64,000 bases of DNA, taken from positions 174,015 through 238,014 of the IMG/VR virus record IMGVR_UViG_3300044852_000015; one strand, given 5' to 3'. Below are positions 28,264-38,900 of this stretch, piece by piece (the stretch's first letter is position 1; every line of letters begins with the position of its first letter). Made by a program: the position numbers and the translations under genes. The notes under the pieces are model-generated. The model ran no database searches, was not told where the DNA came from, and was given only the letters and a program-made list of their open reading frames with translations. The DNA is from a virus. Taxonomy: Duplodnaviria; Caudoviricetes.

Positions 28264-29715
28264 TTAGGCGGACGGATTGACTTTGTCAGCGGTGATCAGA
28301 GTAGCAACCCAGTTCGGGATGTATTCGATCATTGCCAGCAGACCAGCCTCACGAATGTCCAGGGTTGGGTTTTCACGGGCCGCAGTGTCGAGCATGGTGA
28401 GGATTTCCAGCGCATCGGTGTGCGGGAACATCACGTTGCAGATCACTTTACGGCAAGTGGTGAACAGGCAGTCTTCGTACCAGTTGTTCGGCATGTCGCG
28501 AACGTAGGCGTGAAGCGCTGTGACGTAGATGCTGCGCTCGGTAACCAACAGGTCATCCGGCAGAGCAGCAATCTGTTGTTCCACAGCACGCACCAAACCA
28601 GTCAGGTAGTGGTTAGCCTTTTGCAGACGCAGGTTGGTCGACATCACACGCTCTTGGCTTTCCCAGATTTTGCAATACTGGTCTTTGCGCTCGAGCAACA
28701 GGTCGTAGTTGTAGTTGCGGTCGGTCAAGAAAGCACCGAACAGAACTTCAGGCGAACCGCCGGCTTCCAAGAACTTGCCGTACATGTCGCCGTTCACGCG
28801 GATCTGAATCGGAGTGATGCCGATGTCGTCTTCACGGAACTGAGTCCAGTCGTTGATCAGAGTCTTCTTGGCCACAGCCGACTCACGACGTTCGAGTACA
28901 CGCACCATCGCACGACCAGACTGGGCAACGATTTCAGCCACGAACTCTTTGTACTCGTTCAGACCAGCACGCACACCTTCCGGAGTCACGTCCAACAGCT
29001 TGAGGGCCATCAGGTGGATCAGGAGGATCTGGTTCGGTTCAACGTACAGTGGGTTCAGCCACGACAGCAGGGACGGGTTGTAGTCATCACCTGTGGACAC
29101 GAACACTTTGTTGTACAGGTCGGTGATGTAGTTCTCTGGGAGAGAAGCCACAAAGTCAGCCAAGTCGGTGTTGAAACGAGCGATGCCGGTTTCAATCAGC
29201 GTCATCGGCGAAGCCATGTTCTCTGGCAACGGTACAGTGATGCCCAACTTGACGTCCTTAACGGCAGTCTCGTTGAAGCGCTCAACCATACCAGCGAGGT
29301 AGTGGCTACCCCAGATGGCGTGGTAGATGTCGGCCTTAACCGAGATCGCCGTGTTCTTCAGAGTCATCGCCGAATTGGTGTAATCTTCGACGAACTGGAC
29401 AGCGGCTTTAACACAAGGGTTAACTTGGTTACGCGCCAGATCCATACCCCAGGTGACAGTGCGCTTCAACACACCCACAACTTCGTCCATGACGAGGTCG
29501 TGTTCGCAGACGCCTTGAGCGTTCTTGCACGTACTGCCAAACTGAATACGTTCTTCAGCCGACATGTCCATGCTACCGATGTCTGGGTTCGGCAGATAAC
29601 CAGCAGTAACCAGCGTGGCCAGTGGAGTACCAGCGATAGGCTTGAGCTGAATGCCTTTCTTTTCCAGCTTGTCAGCCAGAGCGATGGCGGCAGTCAGGGA
29701 ATTATAGTTAAGCAT
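28264..29715 (-). CDS. Conserved protein (phiKZ gp177-like)
   Basis: 483 aa, biased codons; synteny. Confidence 0.7.
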   Translation of the reverse strand: MLNYNSLTAAIALADKLEKKGIQLKPIAGTPLATLVTAGYLPNPDIGSMDMSAEERIQFGSTCKNAQGVCEHDLVMDEVVGVLKRTVTWGMDLARNQVNPCVKAAVQFVEDYTNSAMTLKNTAISVKADIYHAIWGSHYLAGMVERFNETAVKDVKLGITVPLPENMASPMTLIETGIARFNTDLADFVASLPENYITDLYNKVFVSTGDDYNPSLLSWLNPLYVEPNQILLIHLMALKLLDVTPEGVRAGLNEYKEFVAEIVAQSGRAMVRVLERRESAVAKKTLINDWTQFREDDIGITPIQIRVNGDMYGKFLEAGGSPEVLFGAFLTDRNYNYDLLLERKDQYCKIWESQERVMSTNLRLQKANHYLTGLVRAVEQQIAALPDDLLVTERSIYVTALHAYVRDMPNNWYEDCLFTTCRKVICNVMFPHTDALEILTMLDTAARENPTLDIREAGLLAMIEYIPNWVATLITADKVNPSA

Positions 29716-29717
29716 GG

Positions 29718-29912
29718 TTACACCACCCCTTGGTCTTTGGTCAGTCGACGTTGAATGGTCGCCGCAATGGCGCTCTTCATGGTCGCTGGAGGAATCTTTT
29801 GGCCGTTGACAGTGTTGGACACTGCTTCACCGGCCACTGCCATGATCAGGCACGCCGACAGTTCGATCGCATTACCCAAAACGGTCAGGTTTTGTTCAGT
29901 TACTTTGTTCAT
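29718..29912 (-). CDS. Hypothetical small protein
   Basis: 64 aa, 2 nt from the next gene. Confidence 0.55.
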   Translation of the reverse strand: MNKVTEQNLTVLGNAIELSACLIMAVAGEAVSNTVNGQKIPPATMKSAIAATIQRRLTKDQGVV

Positions 29913-29942
29913 AGGAAGAACCCGATATGAGAGTTAACGTGG

Positions 29943-29965
29943 GTTAGGGGGCGAACCCCCTAACC
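29943..29965 (-). terminator. Hairpin after the RNAP beta gene
   Basis: Plus-strand GGTTAGGGG-GCGAAC-CCCCTAACC. Confidence 0.6.
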
Positions 29966-29966
29966 A

Positions 29967-32900
29967 CTAACCTTTTTTGTACGCCTCTACTACCTTCTTG
30001 CTCAACACCTTCAACAGAGTTGTGGTGGTCCCGATCAACTCAGGAGAGAGACAGATCCGGTTTGAGAAACTGGTGTACGAGAAGATGGCATCCAAGTCTT
30101 CGCCAGACTCAGTCTGGTTACGACCTGACATGACCCGACCAAAGATAGTCTTCATCTGGTTGACGAACACACCTTTGTCACCTACCCCAGCAGACACGCG
30201 AGTTGTGATGTAGACGCGAATAGCCATAGAATCCATGTTCAAAGGATTACCAGCCACTCGCAAAGCACCGTCAACGCTACCCGTCAGCACTTTACGGTTG
30301 AGGTTCTTGGAGAGCTTAGCACGCTCCTTGTCACCCAGATCCGCAATCGCCCGCAGGCTTGGAGACATGTCTTCTTTGTCCCCGTTGTAGAACACTTCAA
30401 TGCGTTCGATCACGCCATTGTGCTTCGCCTTCGGAGTCTGAGACCCCAGCAAACGCAGCGTATCAATGGTGTCTTCATCGAACAGATCAGTGTTCGCCGT
30501 AACAGCGTCTTCGATAGTACATAAAATATCCTCACTATCGACCGTTTGCCCAGCCTTGACGAAGTTACGCAAGGTCTGATCAAACGTTACAACGATGTCC
30601 CGGATCTCTGTGACCGAGGTGGTCATCAGCTTTGCAACACGCTCAGAGATGATCGAGGAGTCTTCCAGGGTATCCGCACACTCGAGGATCGCAGTCCGCA
30701 CCATCACACCCGTTTTCATCGAAACCTGTTTAGGGTTCAGAGTAGACGGTTGGAAGTACAGGGTGTTGTAGGAGATCACGTCACCCGCTTTCACCTTCTG
30801 TCCGAGTTTGAGATCAGACTTCAAGTTGTGTGGGAATGTCTTACCCGCAACTGTACCGAAACGACGACCGAGTTCTACGGACTTGGTGCTACCGTCTTTA
30901 TATTGCACGGTAACGGCGTCTTCACCAATCGCAGTGATCTGTCCATCGTCTTTCGCCGTGTAAGCAAACAGGTCATTCACACGGTGAGCGATTACTTCGT
31001 CGTAGCCAGTCTGGACCGGTTGGACTTGGTAACCTTCAGAGAACATGGTCGAGTGATACTGAATGCCGATAAAGTTAACCCGCTTAGGGTCATCTCGGTC
31101 AGCACAAGGAGACACCAACGCAGCGGTTGAGATCAACTTGGTAGCACCGTCCACCCCTGGCTTGTAACGTCCAGAGATACCACGCAGCGAAGTGAAGTTA
31201 GGGTCAGCCGTCAAGAACGTCGAGATAGCTACGTCACCGGAGTCCACTGTCGACTCGGAGATTACTCCCATGTCGTTAGGGTGGAACACACGAGAACGTT
31301 TCACCATCGAACGACGGGAACGACCACCCACACCACCGAAGGTCACAGCCTCTTGGGTACGCAAGCACTCAATTGGGTTGGACTCTTCCACCAGACCTTT
31401 CGACGGGTCTTCTTGAATGGACTGCCAGATAGCGTGTGGGGCCATCTCCAGTTTGTTACCTGAACTACCACGGCGAGCGTTGTGGATACGAGTCGAACGA
31501 ACAACCTCCGCATACACAGCACCAGCAATACGTTCGTAGCCTTTGATCCGCATGTACTCCATGTCAGTCTCAGCCGGTGCCCAATCAGTGACCAGCAACT
31601 CAGTTGCCCGAGTTAACAGTCCTTCCCACTGGGTAGGTTCTTTCATCTCTACGAGCAAGTCGTAGGTGACCGGATCGACGAACATGTCACGCAACAGATC
31701 CAGTTCACGCAAGAAGCGCACACCGATCTTGTTGGTTTCTAGAACGTTGAGATACACGTCCTTACGGTTGAAGTCATGAACGCTGTAGTTCTTGATCGTT
31801 TTGGCGTACGTGTTAAAGCCTTCCATCAACAACGCAATGACTTTATCGTCACGATGGAAGATCAGGTTCTCGTCAGCAAAGCGAACCACGTATTCACCGT
31901 CAGCCAGCTTCAGTCGTTCACCGACCGGACTGCGACGGAACGAGGAAGGCTTGAGTGACTTGATGACGCGTTCCAGACCGAGGTAGTAGCTGAGCACCAG
32001 ACCCAAAGGAATGGTCTTGTTGAATACCCGCAGCTCCGCCATCTCCATTGGAGCATTCGTGATGTCGAGGTCCAACAGCTCTTCGATCTTACCGAGGGGT
32101 TCCAAGCCGCGTGCTTTGACAGCGTAGAGGGTGTCGAATTGATCGACCAGTACCAGTTCAGTACCTTTGCGACCGATGACTACCAGCCCCTTCCCTTCTG
32201 CCGCGTGTACAGCCTTAGCACCAAACTCTTCTTCGCGCTTGGTGTACTCCAGCACGAACTCAATCCCCACCGCTTTAAAGCGACGGAAGTGTTGAGCCAG
32301 CGTACTGTAAAGCTTTGGTACGTTGAGCAGGTGATCGAACACGTTCGACGGTTTCATGTCCGTCACACGAGGGTCTTTGTCATCCAGACCGATAGCTCGG
32401 ATTTTGTTGCACAACCATTTCGGGTAATCGTTTACAGCTCGTTCTGAGCGATCAACGAACACTTTACCGTAATAGCTAGTGAGAGCAACACGGGACGAAC
32501 TAACCTTGCGAATCGGTACATCGCCACGCTGCTTACGAAGGCTGTACCGGACGCCGTTTGCCAGATATGATCCATCAGAGTCCACCTTAGGAATCTTGAA
32601 ACGAATAGTCGATGACTGCCCAGTAGCAGGCGTCAGTTTGATGGTGTGGATCTCGTAGTGGTTCAGAACGTCTTCCACGTCCTCAACTTCGTACGAGGTG
32701 ACAGCCACGCCAGCATTCTGAATCGACATCACCGAATTCACCACGTCCTTAGGAAGGATGTCTTCGATGTAACGTTTGTCGAACTCGAGCAAAGACGATT
32801 GCAACATCGACTTGTCGAATACCGTTGGCGAGTCTGGGATCAGCACCGGCTTGGTGATCTTCAGCGACTCAGGTTTGATAACCATGTGGTCAGCCAGAGT

Positions 32901-34226
32901 ACCTTTACCGTACGGGTTCGGGATCTCTTTGTAGCTGTTGGCGAGTTTCATCAAACGACGATACTCAGCCCCGGAGACCATTCCCGTGTCAGCCAGTTCA
33001 TTGGCCTTCTCGATGATCCCTTGGTCCATCCCTTTGCGCTCACCACCGATCACAATCAGGTCAGTAGCGGCCAGTGCGTCACCTTCAGCGGCCTCAGCAT
33101 TTTCTTCGATCATGGTGAGACCATCAAGGTCTTTGTCCAGATCGTCGTCCATCAAACCGTCTTTCTTGGCCTGCTCCAAGTCTTCCTTAAGATGACGTTC
33201 CATCTCTTCTTGGAAGCTAGCGTCGGAGATCATCTCCTCTTCGTCAGTCAAGGCTTCGGGTTGCATGTCCTCAGCACGACGTTTCGGAGTAGGCTTCTTC
33301 TCGTTGTCCACCCCGTGTAAGTCGTCTTCGTCGTCCTCTTGCTCAGCCTCGTCTTCGATGTCCACGATGGTGTGGGCTTCTTGGAGAGTCATCATGGCCT
33401 TGAGGAAACGTTTCTGTAAGACAAAAGGATCAACCCCTTCAGTCTTCTTCCCGTCGACAATCTTAGCACGCCACGAGTCCAGTAGACCCAAGTTGATACA
33501 GAACCATTTATCTTGGCTCTGGAACACCATGTTGACTTTGGAGAGGTTGGCTTCCTTGAGGTTACCCATCGGCGATTCGGCACGTAACTCACCCAACCAC
33601 TGAAACATGTCCAACAGGTTGTAAGTTTCCCAACCTTGGAGTTTGCTCAACGTAGTTCGGTCGATGCGCTTCTCAGCCAACCGCAAGGCGGGGAGAGCAG
33701 GCAACACCGGCGGCAGGATCATCCGTACGAACTGACAACGCTCAGGCTGGGCATCAATCAGCTTGTCCATGTGCTTCCACATCGTGTGGCGAATGTTCAC
33801 CCAACGGTAGTAGTTAGCAAAGAAGCTGGTGGTGTAGCGCTTAGTGAACAGCAACGGTGCGAAGTTCTCACACACAAGTGTCCGCTGGTTTGCAAACGCA
33901 GCTTGAGGGTTCACCAACAGACGGAGCTTAGTCCGGTTCTTCCGTTGGTAGTCCCGTAGCGGTTTACCCATGATGAACGGAGTCACCTTCGGATTACCGA
34001 CCTCACTCTGCATCTCAGTGATGTGTTCGATAAAGACCATGCGTTCTGCGGTCTTGATCAGCGGGTCTTCCACTGACGGACCGAAGTTCACCGTGTCTTC
34101 AGGGAACCAGTTGATTACCGCCCCCTGTGGGAGCGCTAACTTACCGATCCCAAACGTGACAGGTAGCGTAAAGTTCGGGAGACGACGCACACCGAACCGA
34201 CGGTACCAAATGGGGTACAGAATCAT
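29967..34226 (-). CDS. rpoB: Virion RNA polymerase beta subunit, N-terminal/main part (phiKZ gp178-like)
   Basis: RpoB motifs: SPCADRDDPKRVNF, DTLEDSSIISER, GVGDKGVFVNQMKT, DLDAIF; 1419 aa. Confidence 0.9.
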   Translation of the reverse strand: MILYPIWYRRFGVRRLPNFTLPVTFGIGKLALPQGAVINWFPEDTVNFGPSVEDPLIKTAERMVFIEHITEMQSEVGNPKVTPFIMGKPLRDYQRKNRTKLRLLVNPQAAFANQRTLVCENFAPLLFTKRYTTSFFANYYRWVNIRHTMWKHMDKLIDAQPERCQFVRMILPPVLPALPALRLAEKRIDRTTLSKLQGWETYNLLDMFQWLGELRAESPMGNLKEANLSKVNMVFQSQDKWFCINLGLLDSWRAKIVDGKKTEGVDPFVLQKRFLKAMMTLQEAHTIVDIEDEAEQEDDEDDLHGVDNEKKPTPKRRAEDMQPEALTDEEEMISDASFQEEMERHLKEDLEQAKKDGLMDDDLDKDLDGLTMIEENAEAAEGDALAATDLIVIGGERKGMDQGIIEKANELADTGMVSGAEYRRLMKLANSYKEIPNPYGKGTLADHMVIKPESLKITKPVLIPDSPTVFDKSMLQSSLLEFDKRYIEDILPKDVVNSVMSIQNAGVAVTSYEVEDVEDVLNHYEIHTIKLTPATGQSSTIRFKIPKVDSDGSYLANGVRYSLRKQRGDVPIRKVSSSRVALTSYYGKVFVDRSERAVNDYPKWLCNKIRAIGLDDKDPRVTDMKPSNVFDHLLNVPKLYSTLAQHFRRFKAVGIEFVLEYTKREEEFGAKAVHAAEGKGLVVIGRKGTELVLVDQFDTLYAVKARGLEPLGKIEELLDLDITNAPMEMAELRVFNKTIPLGLVLSYYLGLERVIKSLKPSSFRRSPVGERLKLADGEYVVRFADENLIFHRDDKVIALLMEGFNTYAKTIKNYSVHDFNRKDVYLNVLETNKIGVRFLRELDLLRDMFVDPVTYDLLVEMKEPTQWEGLLTRATELLVTDWAPAETDMEYMRIKGYERIAGAVYAEVVRSTRIHNARRGSSGNKLEMAPHAIWQSIQEDPSKGLVEESNPIECLRTQEAVTFGGVGGRSRRSMVKRSRVFHPNDMGVISESTVDSGDVAISTFLTADPNFTSLRGISGRYKPGVDGATKLISTAALVSPCADRDDPKRVNFIGIQYHSTMFSEGYQVQPVQTGYDEVIAHRVNDLFAYTAKDDGQITAIGEDAVTVQYKDGSTKSVELGRRFGTVAGKTFPHNLKSDLKLGQKVKAGDVISYNTLYFQPSTLNPKQVSMKTGVMVRTAILECADTLEDSSIISERVAKLMTTSVTEIRDIVVTFDQTLRNFVKAGQTVDSEDILCTIEDAVTANTDLFDEDTIDTLRLLGSQTPKAKHNGVIERIEVFYNGDKEDMSPSLRAIADLGDKERAKLSKNLNRKVLTGSVDGALRVAGNPLNMDSMAIRVYITTRVSAGVGDKGVFVNQMKTIFGRVMSGRNQTESGEDLDAIFSYTSFSNRICLSPELIGTTTTLLKVLSKKVVEAYKKG

Positions 34227-34229
34227 GGA

Positions 34230-35867
34230 TTAATCTCCGGTCATATTTCTCAAAACAAGTTTCACCGTGGTTACGTTACACGAAGCACGGAAGCCACCAC
34301 GGGGGTCCAAGAATGCTTCACGACTGTTGAGCAGCTTGTCGATCTCTGCTATAGCCTCAGAGGTGTAGACCAGAGTGGACGAAGCCGTGTCACCGTCGAA
34401 GTCGGCATCCAGACCCGCAAGACGTGACGGGTGAATTACTTGACTGTCCACGAAAGCGTTCGGTAAACGAGTTGGGAATTCCAACGTCATAAACTCATCG
34501 CCCATCCGTTGCCAGTGTTGATCCAGCTCGTAGCGCATCTCGCCCACAATACTGGTCTTGGTGTAGATCGTCGAAGGGTAGGTCGAACCAATACCAATTA
34601 CTGGGTATCGAGTTACGATGGTCTTCAAGGTGTTCCACTTGCGGTAGCCCGACAGGTAGAGCAGCTCAACCAACGTAATCGGCTCCACGAACTTACGATC
34701 GAAGCCTTCTGGCAATTCGTCGATGTCCCCAAAGATACGGAACGTCATGTCCGGACCTTTGTAGATCAGGCCGAGGTAACGTCCTTCCACCACGATGGGT
34801 TTGTGACGGTTCTCCACAATCCGGTAAGACTCGATGACCTTCTCCAAACCTTCCACGGTGATCCAACGGTCACGAGTGTCCGAAGGCAAGTCAACCATCT
34901 CAGACTTCAGAGTTTTAGCATCCACCAACTTCGCAGTTGTAGCAGAACCACCCACTGAGAACACTTCACCCAACCAACCGTTACGCAGCAAGTTGATGGT
35001 CAGTGGCAACGCCCCTTTGATCACTTGGAACAGACCGAGGATCGTGTCCGTGTAGTCAGGGGCCTGTACGCCATCCAGATCCGCTGTGGAGGTGTCCATC
35101 GCCGAGATGACGTTTCGAGTACCGTTAAAGATACGTCGAGAACCGAACTTCTCTTGGATGAAACCTTTCTTCCCGGTAATCATTCCGAGGACGGTGTCGT
35201 AGATGTCGTTGAAGCCCATCTGGAGCGACTTACGGCTGTTGTCGTACAACGGGGAGGTTTCTGCCCCATCAGCCCCTACGATGACTTTAGAGGCTCCGAG
35301 GATGCGACGGTACACGTCGTTGATTTCATCCTCAGTACCACGCCCACTGGCATCAATCACAAAGTCACGCAAGCCGGCTGGCATCACGAGGATTTGTTTG
35401 GTGGTGGAGATGGCAATGTACTTCTGAATCATCTTGATTCGTTCAGTACGAACCGGAGACTTGGAGTCTTTGAACTTGATCTTCTTCCAGTGTTTCAAGA
35501 AGAAAGCGTAGCCCGTCTCACCAGTCATTTCGTTGGCTGGGACGAAGTCACTCTCCTCATTACTCCACTGAGCATAAGCAGTACCACCCATGATGTCGCG
35601 GTACAGAGAACGCAACTGCACCAAAGCGCGGTAAATAGTAGGATGAAGGACATTCAAGTGCATGTCGATATAAGAGAACTTCTGATCTCGAATTTCGTCA
35701 CCCACTCGACCGAAAGTCAACACTGAGAACAGCCCATCTTCATGGAAGTTGCCAGTAACTTGATCGTAAACGTCCGGGGACTTTACGGGACGTAACATCT
35801 TGAGTTTCTCAGGAGTAAGATTCAAGATGGAAACGTTAAAAGGAATCTGACTATTTTTCATTGGCAA
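34230..35867 (-). CDS. rpoC: Virion RNA polymerase beta' subunit, catalytic part (phiKZ gp180-like)
   Basis: Catalytic DADFDGD; GKKGFIQ...GSRRIFNGTRNVIS; EDGLFS. Confidence 0.92.
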   Translation of the reverse strand: MPMKNSQIPFNVSILNLTPEKLKMLRPVKSPDVYDQVTGNFHEDGLFSVLTFGRVGDEIRDQKFSYIDMHLNVLHPTIYRALVQLRSLYRDIMGGTAYAQWSNEESDFVPANEMTGETGYAFFLKHWKKIKFKDSKSPVRTERIKMIQKYIAISTTKQILVMPAGLRDFVIDASGRGTEDEINDVYRRILGASKVIVGADGAETSPLYDNSRKSLQMGFNDIYDTVLGMITGKKGFIQEKFGSRRIFNGTRNVISAMDTSTADLDGVQAPDYTDTILGLFQVIKGALPLTINLLRNGWLGEVFSVGGSATTAKLVDAKTLKSEMVDLPSDTRDRWITVEGLEKVIESYRIVENRHKPIVVEGRYLGLIYKGPDMTFRIFGDIDELPEGFDRKFVEPITLVELLYLSGYRKWNTLKTIVTRYPVIGIGSTYPSTIYTKTSIVGEMRYELDQHWQRMGDEFMTLEFPTRLPNAFVDSQVIHPSRLAGLDADFDGDTASSTLVYTSEAIAEIDKLLNSREAFLDPRGGFRASCNVTTVKLVLRNMTGD

Positions 35868-35922
35868 CTCTCAGGAATTTATATGAATACCAATACTTCA
35901 CCCAAGAGCCGGGAGCGTAACC

Positions 35923-38900
35923 ATGGCTAAGGATAAGAACGAAATTGGGGATGACGATCTAGACAATTGGGATGACATGGGCTTCGGTGATGACGACTTT
36001 GCCGACTTCGATGCTCCTCCTCCCAAAGACGATCGTAAACCTGTGGTTAAAGTTGCAACCTCGTTCTTAAAAGGTGCGGCTGAAGAACTGACAGACCCCA
36101 GCAGGGTTCGCAAGATGGCCCTGGATGCGTTACCAGATGGCTACGGTAAAGCGACTAATCTCGCCGATACCATAGCGTCAACTGGACGCGAACTATACCA
36201 TACGACCGCCGAGGAATTGAAGCCTGTAATAAAAGACGCAAAGCGCGTCGCACGGCGGGTACTGCCTCTTACAAAAAGTTTACTGCCAGAGAAACTCCAA
36301 AAGAAACTGGAGGACATGACTACTGACAACGACTACAAAGGTCCGTCGGTAGATCAGACTCGTGACGCTCAGATCAACTCTGAAGTCGCTGACATCTTCA
36401 AGCTTCAGATGGAGAACGATGCTCGAGACAAAGCAGAAGGCGAACTAGCAGACGCTACCAAAACCAAACAAGAGTCAGCTCGGTTTAAGACTGAGTTGCA
36501 AACTCTTAATGCAATCTTGGGTGGGATCAACCGTCAGGTTGCTTACCAAGATCAGATTGCTTCGAAGTATCAGAGAAAGCATCTGGAGCTACAATTCCTC
36601 CAGTACTTCACTCTGCGGGACACGTACGAGTTGCACAAGGCTTCCTCTAAGGAATCCAAACAGCAACTCGACATCATCGCCAAGAACACCGGTCTCCCCG
36701 AGTACGTTAAGTCGAACATGGGTGAGCAAGCCAGTCACTTGTTCCGTGAACGGTTGTTGAATGCGGCTTCGTCGAAAGTGAACCAGTTCGCTAAGGGCTA
36801 TATCGACAAGTACAAAGACAACATCATCAAAGCCGGTAAGGAAAACATCGGGGCGTTTAAAGACGCTGCAATGAACGGCATTATGTCGGGCGATGCACTC
36901 TTGGACGCCCAAGAGTCGATGGCTGACGTTGGAGAACAGTCAGACAAGTACAAGACGGCTGGTGGCTTCCTCGGCGGTCAAGCTGGTGGTTGGTTGGGTG
37001 GCAAGCTCTCCAAGTTTGCCAAACCTCTGTTGGAGAAACATCCCGGCATTGGTAAGATGGGTAACAAGCTGGAATACGGGGTGGATAACTTTGCCTCACT
37101 GGCTTCCGATTGGGCGAAGAGTGACAAAGGTGAGAACACCGGCTTGGATTGGTGGAACAAAGCCCTGCGGGGCTTTAAGAACCTGTCACCGACTGAAGTG
37201 TCTGATTCCGGCTTAGGTGACACTGACCTCACCAAGTCTCAGGACGCGGTACCGTTCAACCATCTGGCTCGCAAAACACTCACGGACATTATCCCTGGCT
37301 ACCTGTCTCGGATTCACCATGAGTTGGCAATCATCCGTACAGGTGATCCTTCCATCCAACGGTTGGGTTACGACCTGAAGGACGGTAGCTTTGCGAACAT
37401 GGACAAAGTTACCAAGTCGATGGGTTCGGTCATGTTCAAACAGACTGAGAACTTCGACAAGGTTAAAGACACCACTAACGGTCTGATCGACGGTCTGGAA
37501 ACGAAACACGGGAAGAAATTCTCAGACGTCCAACGTAAGGCGCTCTATGACAAGTTCATTGGCGAAGCTGCGTCGGGACAAGGTCGTTTCGATGTCAAGA
37601 AGTTCTCTGACGTTGACCAATGGAAAGACCTGAGCGATGACGACGCTCTGCAACTGTCCTACATGTTCAGTGACGATGTTGGTGAAGACCAACAGAATAA
37701 ATACTCGAAAGAGTTCTTGAAGATCCGCGAAGGCGTCAACAACCCGACTGACGCTATTAAAGGTCTGATTGATTCTGGTCAACTCGAGAGTATGCGAGCA
37801 CTGGGTCTGGTTACGGGTGAAGGTGACGATCGGAAGGTATCACAGGAACGTATCGTAGACATCCTACGGAATGGAGGTTTCGGTGAACCGACTGCTGACA
37901 GAAACCCTCCTAATGGTCATCCTCCTGGCAATCTTAACAATCGTCCAGGTGGTGGAGGTCCTCTTGGCGATCTTCGCAATGCCAGCGATGCTCCTAAGGC
38001 TGCTGGGGCGAATCCTGGGGGGCTAGACACACCGAAGAACCCTAACGATTTCATGGAGACCATTGGGGAATACCAGATGTTGCTGTTGGAGGACATCCGT
38101 AAGGGTATCGCCAATCCGCAAGCACTGGCTCAGTACGCTGACGCTGCACGCAGTGACCCTAAAGCAAGCGAGGAAGAATGTACGTGTGTCGACAAAATGA
38201 TCGACGCCTACAAAGCAGGGAATGACGAACTGGCGCAACACTTGGCCAACGTCTACGAACTGCTCGCTTCCGGTCAGTTGCAAACCATGTCGATGAACAT
38301 GCCATTTGACGCTGAAGCCATGAAAGGTTTCAAAGGTTCTATCGGTCGTGGTCTCGGGAAGATCAAGAACGCTGGTAAGTGGGGCTTCGGGAAAGTTGGA
38401 GGCTTCTACAAAGGCGCGATGGATCTTCAAGGCAAGTTGATCAAGGGTGGCTTCAAGGGTGCGTGGGCTGGTGTCAAAGGCACTGGTAAAATGCTCTTCG
38501 GTAAAGGTAAAGAAAAGCTGAATGAGTGGGGTGATGTCTACATCAAAGGAACGGGTCGACCAATCCTGACGTGGGCTCAACTCAAGGCTGGTGAGTACTT
38601 AAACGAAGACGGTTCGCCGATCACTTCGTGGAAGGACGTCAAAGGTCCAGTGAAGAACAAAGCGGGTGAATACGTTCTGACGGCTGACCAGTTTGCACGA
38701 GGGTTGGTGGATGAACACGCTCGTCCAATGTTCACCAAGATCAAAGACTTCGGGATGAAGTGGTTCGGGCGACTGAACAACATGATCACTTCTCCATTCC
38801 GTGGGATTAAGGACGCTGTCAAAGGCACCTTTAACACGGTGAAGAACTTTGTGGAACGTCCACGAGACATGTACCTACCGGGTAACCCAATACCGGTACT

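Noticed and set aside
27808-29754. 648-aa plus-strand ORF (likewise 19986..21203, 22230..23267, 8307..9182, 7477..8109, 24158..25012)
   Set aside because: Antisense shadows of genes with strong codon bias; no motifs or SD
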